Source: Thermoplasmata archaeon
GTDB taxonomy: Archaea; Thermoplasmatota; Thermoplasmata; RBG-16-68-12; JAFNFQ01
Direction: 5' to 3'
DNA length: 64,000 nucleotides
NCBI GenBank assembly: GCA_041489255.1
Contig: JBGPQV010000014.1
Coordinates: 1-64,000, forward strand
Of this stretch, positions 9,665 to 17,686 are shown in pieces. The notes under the pieces were generated by a model, which searched no databases, had not been told where the DNA came from, and saw only the letters and a list, made by a program, of their open reading frames with translations. The position numbers and the translations under genes were made by a program. Position 1 is the first letter of the stretch; every line of letters starts with the position of its first letter.

Positions 9665-10986
9665 CGAGAGTCTCCCCGGATCCTGAGGTCTATCTCGTCC
9701 AGGACCCCGTTGCGGGCTTTCCCCTTCGCCTCGAGGTCCCGGAGCGCCTCGAGCGTCTCCAGGTCCTTGCTCGGCAGCCGGCTGCACACCTGGGCCACCG
9801 TGCCGTCGAGGACCTTCGCGTCGATCGCCTTCGCCTTGACCTTCTTGACGTCGACCTTTGGCAGCGACTTCTTCTCCCATGCACGGAACGCCTCTTTCAT
9901 CTCCTTGCGCCGCCTGTTGTCGTACGCCTGCACCTGCACCTCGGTCTTCTCGCCGGTCGAGTACGCGTGAGGCACGAGGTAGACGCTGAGGTCCTTCTTC
10001 ACCGCCGACGTCCAGTGGACGTTGAACCCGTAAGACCCAAACACGATGCTCCTGACGTCTCCCTCCTTCACCTGCTCGAGCATCGCTTTCGTGATCGAGA
10101 GCGCGTCATGGAAGCTCCTGATCGTCTGCCCCTCCGTCGCGTCCCTCTTCACCGCGCGCCGCGGTGTCGGCGAATAATCGTAGGCGCGATCTCGTGTGTC
10201 GATCTTGATTGCCTTTCCGGTGTTGCCGTTCCAGCAGTGACCGCCGTCACAGGTGACGTCGTGATCGTTCTTGTGCTCGTGCAGGAACTTCTTAGGAGGG
10301 GATCCGCACGTCGGGCACGGCTTGAAGGCGGCGAACTTCTTCATCCTCGCCTCCTCCTGGCGCCAGGCGCCGATCCTCCACACAGCTTCGTTCTTGAATT
10401 CCTCCGCGGGGACCTCCTGGTCCTCGACGAGCTCGGCGAGGCTCTCCACGAGGTCACGTCCATCGTCCAGGTCTTTCGCCCCTGCCGGGATCCCGGCGAG
10501 GACCTCCGCGTGGTGGGGCGAAATTATTCCGCGGCGAATAAGCCCCTGGACCTTGCTGCTGAACTTCAATAGGGCGAGGCGCTTCGCGACGTGCGACTGA
10601 CTCTTCCCGATCTTCTTCGCGACGTCCTGCTGCCTGCACTCCGTGGAGTCGATGTATGCCTGCAGGGCCCTCGCCTCGTCCACCGGGTCCAGGTCCTCGC
10701 GCTGCAGGTTCTCGACCAGCTGGGCCTCGACTATCTCCGCGGCGTTCATCGTCCGCTCGACTACGGGGACCTCTTTCAGTCCCGCCAGCTGCGCCGCCCT
10801 GTACCGCCGGAAGCCGCAGACCAGGCGGTGCCTGTGGTCCTCGCCGTGCTGCGTGACGATCAGCGGCTCGAGCACGCCCTGGACCTTGATCGACGCGATG
10901 AGCTCCGCCAGGTCCTTGTCGGACGTCTCGCGGATGTTGCCCGTGGCGTTGATCAGGTTGAGCGGGAGGGTCTTCAGGCCACTCAT
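9661..10986 (-). CDS. ParB/Spo0J-domain protein with Zn ribbon and extended C-terminus
   Basis: ELIASIKVQGVLEPLIV, LVCGFRRYRAA (GxRR), ENLQREDL, HTH QQDVAKKIGKSQSHVAKRL, CPTC...CDGGHC. Confidence 0.9.
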   Translation of the reverse strand: MSGLKTLPLNLINATGNIRETSDKDLAELIASIKVQGVLEPLIVTQHGEDHRHRLVCGFRRYRAAQLAGLKEVPVVERTMNAAEIVEAQLVENLQREDLDPVDEARALQAYIDSTECRQQDVAKKIGKSQSHVAKRLALLKFSSKVQGLIRRGIISPHHAEVLAGIPAGAKDLDDGRDLVESLAELVEDQEVPAEEFKNEAVWRIGAWRQEEARMKKFAAFKPCPTCGSPPKKFLHEHKNDHDVTCDGGHCWNGNTGKAIKIDTRDRAYDYSPTPRRAVKRDATEGQTIRSFHDALSITKAMLEQVKEGDVRSIVFGSYGFNVHWTSAVKKDLSVYLVPHAYSTGEKTEVQVQAYDNRRRKEMKEAFRAWEKKSLPKVDVKKVKAKAIDAKVLDGTVAQVCSRLPSKDLETLEALRDLEAKGKARNGVLDEIDLRIRGDSR

Positions 10987-11483
10987 TGACTCACCGTCTC
11001 CTTCTTTGCCGGCAGAGCTCGCAGCAGCTCGCCGGAGTCGATCGCGCCGCCGCGTATCTTCGGCACTATGAGATCTCCGATGGTCGCGCTGCTGCCGTCC
11101 GGCAGCGCGCCGACGATCTCGGCGAGGAACTCCGATTCGACGGTCGTGAGTCCGTAGTACACGGCTTCGAGCTTGGACTTCAGCCACCAATGGAGCAGCC
11201 GCATGGATTGAGCTTGATTCTGCGTGCCGTCTCTCTTCGCGAAGACCGGCGGCGAGACGCGCACGGTGATACGCTGCTGCATCGTGCCGGCGGTCTGCAT
11301 CTTGAGCACGAACTCGATCTGCGATTGTCCGGCCCGCGTCGTGGTCCAGCGGACGGCTTCTGCGCCGTACTCGTACAGCAGCTTCGAGATCTCGGCCTGA
11401 GTTCGCTCCGGCGGCACGGTCGTGTCGTAGTATGGAGTCCGCTTCGTCTTCATCGTCTCACTTCCAGTTGAATAGCCCTTCAT
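10983..11483 (-). CDS. conserved MGE/phage-type hypothetical protein
   Basis: TVPPERTQAEISKLL..YGA and LKSKLEAV..G....ESEFL..LPDG..TIGD resemble a family I recall from phages and prophages; coupled overlaps. Confidence 0.7.
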   Translation of the reverse strand: MKGYSTGSETMKTKRTPYYDTTVPPERTQAEISKLLYEYGAEAVRWTTTRAGQSQIEFVLKMQTAGTMQQRITVRVSPPVFAKRDGTQNQAQSMRLLHWWLKSKLEAVYYGLTTVESEFLAEIVGALPDGSSATIGDLIVPKIRGGAIDSGELLRALPAKKETVSQ

Positions 11484-11782
11484 CGACCGCCCCCGTTCTC
11501 TGGCTCGCCGAGTTCAAGTGGCACGTGGACCCACGCCAAACACCGCGGGCAAAACGACCCGAATCCATCGGGATAGCTCGGGCGGTCCCTGCAACGATGC
11601 AGGAGGACTTTTCCCCCGCAATGAGGGCACGTCCCGACTTTGAATGGCGAATCGGGAGAGAGATGGCGGCGGCGTGATCTCCCTGGAGGGGAGGCGGATG
11701 GGACACACGCCGCCGCCGGAAGAGGAATCATAAACAGGAACTTGGCGAGAACGAGGGAATTGAGAGAGGGCGGGAGGGTCAC
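11480..11782 (-). CDS. small Zn-ribbon protein
   Basis: CPHCGG...CPRC; GTG start overlapping the helicase stop with GGAGG upstream (alternative ATG at 11731). Confidence 0.55.
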   Translation of the reverse strand: MTLPPSLNSLVLAKFLFMIPLPAAACVPSASPPGRSRRRHLSPDSPFKVGTCPHCGGKVLLHRCRDRPSYPDGFGSFCPRCLAWVHVPLELGEPENGGGR

Positions 11783-14307
11783 GAACTGCCTCCTTGGAGC
11801 TCCTCGGCCTCTTTCGGTGGCAACTCGAGGCGGACTCGGCAGGCAGCGATTTGTTCGGCGGCCAGGGGATGCCCATTTCGCGCCATCATGTCCTTGACCT
11901 GTGAGAGCGCGAGACCGGGGGGCAATTTCTTGTCCTGCATGCGGAGATCGTTGACGAGCCGGAGGCTTTCCTCGACGAGGGGGTCCTGACTCTCTCGCTC
12001 GCTCTGCGTCTGAGTCTCCTGTACGGAGGCCATTTTCGGTGTAACAGCGTAACACCCTGAAGTCTCCATGGAGGAGGAGGGTGTTACAATGTTACGTAAC
12101 ATGTTACATTCCTGTGTAACAAGAGTCTCTCCATTGGGTGGGTCGCTTGATACACTGTTACACCCTTTTTGACCTCTGCTCTCACGCGCGCGTAGGTCCT
12201 CTTCGAGCGTCCGTTGTACCTCCTCCTCCGGGGCCGGTGCACCCTCCGGCACGAACACCGCTCGTTCCGTCTTCTTGTCGAACCGCTCTACCTTGGCTTC
12301 CTCCCCATCCTTGTCGAGCACAATCTTGCGCGGAATCGCCCACGTATCCGCGGCCATCTGCCCGAGGGACTTCAGGGACGATATCTGCATGTCCGGGAGT
12401 GCCTGACGATTGTACTCGTCCAAGATCGGCTTTGTCACCCACACACCCGGGATTTGCACGTCCGCGACATCGGCGGTGTCTTGCTTCCAGATCTCGCCCT
12501 CCCCGCGGATGTCCTCGATGCCGCCCGACCGCACGATCCGGTTCTTCACGCGCCACATCGCGAAGAACGACCGGAAGGACTCGAGGTGCGACTCCGCACC
12601 CTCGTACGTCGAGGCCTCGACCGGCAGGACCACGTCGCGGAGGAATGCCTCCACGCTAGGCGGGGCCCACACGATCCCATGCTTCCGGAACAAGAGCTCC
12701 CACATCCGGAGCCCCATCAGTACGACGGCCCAGGCCTGCGGCCGGCGTACGTCCTGGAACGTGCCCCGGTATGCGCGCGTGACCTCCGTCTCGAGGACGT
12801 GAATCCGCGCGACGAGGTCCGCCATGGTCCCGTACGCGGCCACGGCCTCGCGGGCGAGCGCGACACCGATCGGCCGCAACTGTGCGCGCAGCTCGTCCGC
12901 CTTCCTCTTGTTGGTCTTCCGTCGCGTGCGCTGCATCGCGTCGAACTTCGGCGCGATGAACCGGGCGAGCACGGACCCGGACTTCACCGGGAACGCGTTT
13001 CCCGTGATCATGAGGACCGCGCGCGATCGGTACGTCGTCATCCCGAGGTCCTGCGTCCCCCGCTGGAGCGCGATCTCCCGCTCCGATGCGGACTTCAGCG
13101 TCGCCCCGAGCTTGCGGTAGTCGAGCTTCTCGCCCTCCTCGATCCACAGTGGCGTGCACGCGGAGTCGATGAACGCGCCGAACCGATACGGCGAGTCGAG
13201 GGTGTCGCCTGGCACGGACTTCCTCCCGTACAGACGCTCGGAGAAGCATTCGAGGACGAATGACTTGCCGAGGCCGGACTCGAGGGAATGGTTGTACACG
13301 TGCGGCACGATCACGTCGTGGGCCCGCAGGCGCATCGCGAACGGCGCGATCGCCGAGAGCGCCATCGTGGGGTACACCTCGTATGGGTGGAACAGCGTCG
13401 CGAGTTCCATGTATGCCGCCAGGTCTTCGGGCCGAGGTTCGCACGCGATTGCCTCCCGCATCTCGCGGAGCGCGGTTCCCTCCTCCTGGAGGGGCGCCAT
13501 CGGGTCCGTGCACAGGTCGAGCTTCCCGCCCTCGTCTTCGTACACGCCGAAGGTCGCGTGGGCCTTCATGGGCGTCGGTGCGAAGTGCAGGAGAACGTGA
13601 TTCAGGACGTCGTTCGCGTGTCCATGCGCGACGGTCTTCGCCTCCCTGTCGAGCCGCTTCCGCAAGGCCTCGGCAGTGACGATGATCTCGCGGTCGAGTT
13701 TTACTTTGAAGAAATTGTCGCCATCCAGGTCCACCTGCTGCAATGGCCGAACGTATCCGAAGACGACTGGGATGTCCTCCTCGTGGTCACCATGCTTGAC
13801 GATGAGATCGATCCCCTGTGGGGTCCAGCGGATTCTCCTTGACTTACTGATCTCCCATTCGTTGGAGGGCGCATCCGTCGCCGAGTCTGGAGGGAACTCC
13901 GCGATGAGGCTCTCGACGTAGCTCTTCGTGAACCGCGCGCGGCTCGGGTTATCGCCGCCAAGCTGCAGGTGCTCCAGGATGTCTGAAAGAGGACGTCTGC
14001 CCCCGTCGGTCGCGGTGAACTGAGGACAGACTATGTTGTACCAGTCCTCGGCCCGGGCGCGCTTGTGCTCCGAGAGGTCCACGAGTATCGTCGAGTCCTC
14101 GCCACTCGTCGACCGACCGCAGCCGCCGAGGTCTCTCGGACAGCGGTCGGGAGGTCCCTGGGCAGTAGGAGGAATTGCGACCTCGGTGCCGCAGCGGACG
14201 CACCAGAACAAAACGTCCGAGGGAGAGTTCAGTGGATCGCCCCCGTCTGCTCGAGTCCATAGACAACGAGGATGAAGCCCCCGACTCCCATGCCAGAATT
14301 CAGCCAA
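11779..14307 (-). CDS. replication protein: N-terminal Zn finger plus SF3/DUF927-like helicase ATPase
   Basis: CVRC...CPRDLGGC; Walker A SGLGKS, Walker B LWIEE, motif C VLMITGN, Arg finger VLARF; true start probably ~14210-14232. Confidence 0.8.
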   Translation of the reverse strand: MAEFWHGSRGLHPRCLWTRADGGDPLNSPSDVLFWCVRCGTEVAIPPTAQGPPDRCPRDLGGCGRSTSGEDSTILVDLSEHKRARAEDWYNIVCPQFTATDGGRRPLSDILEHLQLGGDNPSRARFTKSYVESLIAEFPPDSATDAPSNEWEISKSRRIRWTPQGIDLIVKHGDHEEDIPVVFGYVRPLQQVDLDGDNFFKVKLDREIIVTAEALRKRLDREAKTVAHGHANDVLNHVLLHFAPTPMKAHATFGVYEDEGGKLDLCTDPMAPLQEEGTALREMREAIACEPRPEDLAAYMELATLFHPYEVYPTMALSAIAPFAMRLRAHDVIVPHVYNHSLESGLGKSFVLECFSERLYGRKSVPGDTLDSPYRFGAFIDSACTPLWIEEGEKLDYRKLGATLKSASEREIALQRGTQDLGMTTYRSRAVLMITGNAFPVKSGSVLARFIAPKFDAMQRTRRKTNKRKADELRAQLRPIGVALAREAVAAYGTMADLVARIHVLETEVTRAYRGTFQDVRRPQAWAVVLMGLRMWELLFRKHGIVWAPPSVEAFLRDVVLPVEASTYEGAESHLESFRSFFAMWRVKNRIVRSGGIEDIRGEGEIWKQDTADVADVQIPGVWVTKPILDEYNRQALPDMQISSLKSLGQMAADTWAIPRKIVLDKDGEEAKVERFDKKTERAVFVPEGAPAPEEEVQRTLEEDLRARESRGQKGCNSVSSDPPNGETLVTQECNMLRNIVTPSSSMETSGCYAVTPKMASVQETQTQSERESQDPLVEESLRLVNDLRMQDKKLPPGLALSQVKDMMARNGHPLAAEQIAACRVRLELPPKEAEELQGGSS
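12038..12164. repeat. iteron-like cluster, putative replication origin
   Basis: Eight GTTAC/GTAAC pentamers in ~125 bp, including the perfect palindrome ATGTTACGTAACAT at 12089-12102. Confidence 0.65.
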
Positions 14308-14474
14308 AAGCTATCACCCCATTTTGTCCGCCAGAGTCCAAGCATTCCTAGAAGCAGCAGACCTCCCGCCAGCACAAAAGCGTTCAGCGGTATGGCCCAC
14401 GTGAGGAAGATCAGCAACAGCAGCAGTGCGAGCAGCCCCCCCGCCAACCCGCTCTCATCGCTTCTCAGGTCCAT
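14229..14474 (-). CDS. small membrane protein (3 TM)
   Basis: Hydrophobic 81-aa ORF; TGATG overlap with the upstream ORF. Confidence 0.65.
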   Translation of the reverse strand: MDLRSDESGLAGGLLALLLLLIFLTWAIPLNAFVLAGGLLLLGMLGLWRTKWGDSFWLNSGMGVGGFILVVYGLEQTGAIH

Positions 14475-14653
14475 CAGACCCGCCTCCGTGCACGCTGGAC
14501 CTTATGCACCAGCGATTTTCGAATTGACCAATCACCGTCCCGCCTCTGAAGGTTTATGAAATTCTCATCCTCCGAGACAATCGTCCCCCGGAGGACGCGG
14601 AGTCGCCCATCCTCTTCGAACACGACCTCATCTTGATCCGCATCAGCAGCCAT
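14474..14653 (-). CDS. 59-aa Sm/Hfq-like protein (below ORF-track cutoff)
   Basis: MAADADQDEVVFEEDGRLRVLRGTIVSEDENFINLQRRDGDWSIRKSLVHKVQRARRRV; RBS GAGGGTGA; coupled to the next gene; fold inferred by eye. Confidence 0.6.
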   Translation of the reverse strand: MAADADQDEVVFEEDGRLRVLRGTIVSEDENFINLQRRDGDWSIRKSLVHKVQRARRRV

Positions 14654-14685
14654 GTTTTCACCCTCAGTTCAGGTTCGTCTTTCCC

Positions 14686-14865
14686 TCATATGATCACTAC
14701 TTTTCCCGCCCTGAGCTTCCGGACGAGTATGCGAACAACGGCAGCCATCGACAGCCCGTGCTTCGTCGCCTCCTCTTTGAGGATAGTGTGGGTCTGCCGA
14801 TCGAGCGCGACCATCGCCAGCCTTGTCTCGTGTTCCCCGACCTTTCCCACTTCTGCGCTTTCCAT
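14686..14865 (-). CDS. ribbon-helix-helix (CopG-like) repressor
   Basis: AMVALDRQTHTILKEEATKHGLSMAAVVRILV, beta-alpha-G-alpha pattern; first gene of the operon. Confidence 0.8.
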   Translation of the reverse strand: MESAEVGKVGEHETRLAMVALDRQTHTILKEEATKHGLSMAAVVRILVRKLRAGKVVII

Positions 14866-14873
14866 AATGTTCC

Positions 14874-14916
14874 TAAAGGTCTGCAATATGCTCTTAGAGG
14901 TCTGCAACCCATAAAA
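14874..14916 (-). promoter_or_regulatory. TATA-like box plus tandem operator repeats for the element operon
   Basis: AGGTCTGCAA at 14877-14886 and 14898-14907 (21-bp period), lying between a minus-strand TTTTAT (14916-14911) and the RHH start. Confidence 0.6.
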
Positions 14917-15311
14917 CCGGTAAACTTTCTTGACTATCCGAACAGCCCGCAGTCCGCCATGATTTGAAGCGCTGAGACAGCAGTTACCCTCTCTACGTTG
15001 CGACCCTCCCCCTACACCGAGTGTAGGTGTGGATGTCCTGGTCCTTCTCCATGAAAGACTTCTCGAGAACGACTCGGCCGAACTTCTTCGTTTACTCTCT
15101 CGGAGGCGGGACGATCGCTCGCCTGTACGTTCATGTCTGTCTCCGCCCGCGACGAGGTTTAGGCTTTAGTGAGGTCATTGTTTATCCATGCAGCTACGAA
15201 TGTACGTGGACCAGTTGCAAATCTACATAGTACTACGTAGTTCATCCGCGGATAATCTGACCGATTCCCTCGCCGACCGGGTCCGGCCGGGCCATCGACG
15301 CGCAGAGTGTC

Positions 15312-15355
15312 CGAGGACCTCCGCGTGGTGAGGCGTGATTATTCCGCGGCGAATA
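15312..15355. repeat. 44-bp copy of an internal segment of the parB-like gene (10497-10540)
   Basis: 41/44 identical; both contain the dyad TATTC-CGCGGC-GAATA. Confidence 0.85.
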
Positions 15356-15379
15356 GACACCAGGACCGCGTACCACAAC

Positions 15380-15410
15380 GGAAAAGGTGGGGCCTGGTCC
15401 GCCAGGCCCC
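15380..15410 (-). terminator. hairpin plus U-tract terminator
   Basis: GGGGCCTGG-TCCG-CCAGGCCCC stem, followed on the minus strand by CCTTTTCC, just after the stop at 15419. Confidence 0.6.
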
Positions 15411-15418
15411 TTCCGTGG

Positions 15419-15568
15419 TCACTGAGCGGCCTCCAGGATCTTGTCGGCTCGCTTTTGTCCCACGTTATAGACGGAGAGGCCGTGACCATCCTTCTTCATG
15501 TAGATGTTCCAAGTCACGTGCCCCTTCGTGCTGCGCTTGCTCCAGAGTACCACTTTTTGGATTCCCAT
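15419..15568 (-). CDS. small basic hypothetical protein
   Basis: MGIQKVVLWSKRSTKGHVTWNIYMKK...; TATA-like AAAGCTATAT upstream and terminator downstream. Confidence 0.55.
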   Translation of the reverse strand: MGIQKVVLWSKRSTKGHVTWNIYMKKDGHGLSVYNVGQKRADKILEAAQ

Positions 15569-15986
15569 TGTTATGACCAACCCCCGCCAGGTACTCTGAC
15601 TACATATAGCTTTGTTCTCATGCCGGCCGCCAGGCACAAAGGCGGCGGGCGTTCTCCCCATTGTTGTGACCAAACTTCTGTGTGGACACGCCTAGCCGCC
15701 GTGCAACCCCGCGTCGCCCGATCCCATCCGGACGGCCCCCTGTTCCCACGCCGAAAAGAATAAAAATCGTGCTAGGGAGTGGCACGTCTGCCTCACCGTC
15801 ATTGCGTGTCAAATTCCATCCCTCCATGACGCTCAGCTCCTCGAGTCGCTGATCAGGATCCGGGGAGCTCGGCGGATCTCAGCTGGACTCCGCGACGGGC
15901 TGAAAAGAATAAAAATGCCGAAATCACGCTGCTCGAGCAATCAGGCTCGCCGCAACCTTCAAGACATTCCCGAGGTTCAATGCTCG

Positions 15987-16151
15987 ATGTCCATCAAGTG
16001 CGAGTGCTGCGGGAAAGCTGAAGCTGCCGTCTACTGTCCCGTATGCAAGAAGTGGGAGTGCGTTCTCTGTTTCGGTGCGGTACGATTGGATTGCGACAAC
16101 TGCAGAAGAAGACGAACTCGATCGCCTCCCGTTCCACTAGCCCCATTGTGA
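15987..16151 (+). CDS. B-box-like Zn-finger microprotein
   Basis: CECC..AEAAVYCPVCKKWECVLCF....DCDNC; GAGGT upstream. Confidence 0.6.
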   Translation: MSIKCECCGKAEAAVYCPVCKKWECVLCFGAVRLDCDNCRRRRTRSPPVPLAPL

Positions 16152-16502
16152 AGCCGGAACTCAGCCCGTTCGCCTTCTTGACGGACGTCGGCGCCGGCCC
16201 GCGGGCGGGGGACCCACGCCCTGGTGAGCTGCAGAGAGATCGTGCACGTCGACCAGGCGGGAGATCGTGAGCTGCAGGATACTGAGATTCGGTCGATGGT
16301 GGTCCTCACGCTCGAGAGAGAGATGTACACCAGGGACTCGTGCCTTGGCGGGAGACGTGAGATGGCGGGCACGGTGAGACCGTCTTCACGATCGCGTCAA
16401 GTCCGCTTCCCCATGTTCCCTCGGAGTGTCCTAAATCTTGCGATCGGAGCCGTTCCTTCATGAACGACGTCGCACCTGGTCAGCTGCTCGAGAGAGAGTC
16501 TC

Positions 16503-16697
16503 CTAAATCTCTGGCCTTGGTCCTCTTTCTCCGTCAAACTCTGCAGCATGATGTCTGCAGTAGTCCGCGACAATGACAACATCAGGGAGAGGCCATCTCT
16601 TCGCACCTTCCGAGTTGGGATCTTGACGACATTCGAAGTGCTCCGTCGCGAGTTCGTCACAACCTTCAGCGTCACAGAATCCCTTTCTCTTGGTCAT
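16503..16697 (-). CDS. small Cys/His-rich hypothetical protein
   Basis: CDAEGC...YCRHH; GAGAGG upstream. Confidence 0.5.
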   Translation of the reverse strand: MTKRKGFCDAEGCDELATEHFECRQDPNSEGAKRWPLPDVVIVADYCRHHAAEFDGERGPRPEI

Positions 16698-16750
16698 CGT
16701 AGTCGCCTCTCTCTTGTGTCTGAAGTTGGGGGCGGACTCTTAATCCTATC

Positions 16751-17686
16751 TCACCGTAGTAGTTGATTGGGAGAGCCCTCCATAGGAGAGTTGCCCTGGA
16801 ACGGTGAATTGAAGCATTTCTCCCCCCCTTTTTCATGGAGAAGGACGACCGAGCCGAACTGCGTGACCATGCTGGAGATCGCGGCCTTGAACCCGAGCGA
16901 TCGGTCGGCCGAGAACTGAGAGAGGTAGTAGTCGTGGGCGCCGTCCGGCCCCGTCAGGTTGAGAAGGTCGCCGGCGGCCTCTATCTTCCTGGAGCCGTAA
17001 TCGAAAAGCTTCACGCTCATTCCCATCTCGGCGACGTGCAAGTAGGCCTGCTCCGCCGGAGCAGGGCCGATACCCGCGTCCAACGTCACGTTCACTTCGG
17101 ACAGCTGTCCGGTGTTCCAGTTACCGCCGCTGCACGCCTGCGTCCACGTCGCCACGTAGACGTTCCAGGCCGGGGTCATCGTGAACTGCTGCACGGGACA
17201 TCCTTGCATTCCCCCCATGTCCCTGTTCGATACGTTGAGCCGGAGGTACGCTATCCCCGATGGATCCACCGTGGCGAGGGCCCTCGCCCAGACCGAGACG
17301 CTGGCGACGTCCTCCCCCGTGTCCGTGAACGGGCGCGTGTCGAACAGTACCCACCCGCTGTTGACGATGCCCGACGAACCCACGATGTAGGTCGGGTCCT
17401 GCGAGTCGCTCACGCATTGCGTGTGATTCGTGCAACCGCCCATGTTCGTCCAGTCCACGAATTGGAAGCCGAGGTCTCCCAGCAACGTCGCGTTCACCCA
17501 AGGTGACGACCTTGCCCAGTTGCACTCTGGCGAGTTCTCCGGGTACCTCCCGTCCACATCGTAGACGCACGTCCAGTTCAGGTCCGTCCTGGCCCGCGCT
17601 CCTGGCGGGACGATGACCAGCGATCCCGCAACGACGCTCAGCACCAACACTAGACACACGATTCGTCCGATTCTGTTTTCTCTCAA
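16751..17686 (-). CDS. secreted beta-rich protein, possibly C-terminally truncated
   Basis: Signal peptide RIGRIVCLVLVLSVVAGSLVIVPPGARA; Cys pairs; TTG start overlapping the upstream stop; composition changes near 16830. Confidence 0.7.
   Translation of the reverse strand: MRENRIGRIVCLVLVLSVVAGSLVIVPPGARARTDLNWTCVYDVDGRYPENSPECNWARSSPWVNATLLGDLGFQFVDWTNMGGCTNHTQCVSDSQDPTYIVGSSGIVNSGWVLFDTRPFTDTGEDVASVSVWARALATVDPSGIAYLRLNVSNRDMGGMQGCPVQQFTMTPAWNVYVATWTQACSGGNWNTGQLSEVNVTLDAGIGPAPAEQAYLHVAEMGMSVKLFDYGSRKIEAAGDLLNLTGPDGAHDYYLSQFSADRSLGFKAAISSMVTQFGSVVLLHEKGGEKCFNSPFQGNSPMEGSPNQLLR

Noticed and set aside
14930-15180. Possible minus-strand pseudogene inside the element
   Set aside because: Reading frame broken by two stops and no recognisable motif; cannot be supported.
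15223-15489. ORF containing IRRGIITPHHAEVL, similar to ParB; also considered as a DGR template/variable repeat pair
   Set aside because: Similarity is limited to the 44-bp repeat, mismatches are not adenine-specific on one strand, and no reverse transcriptase is present.
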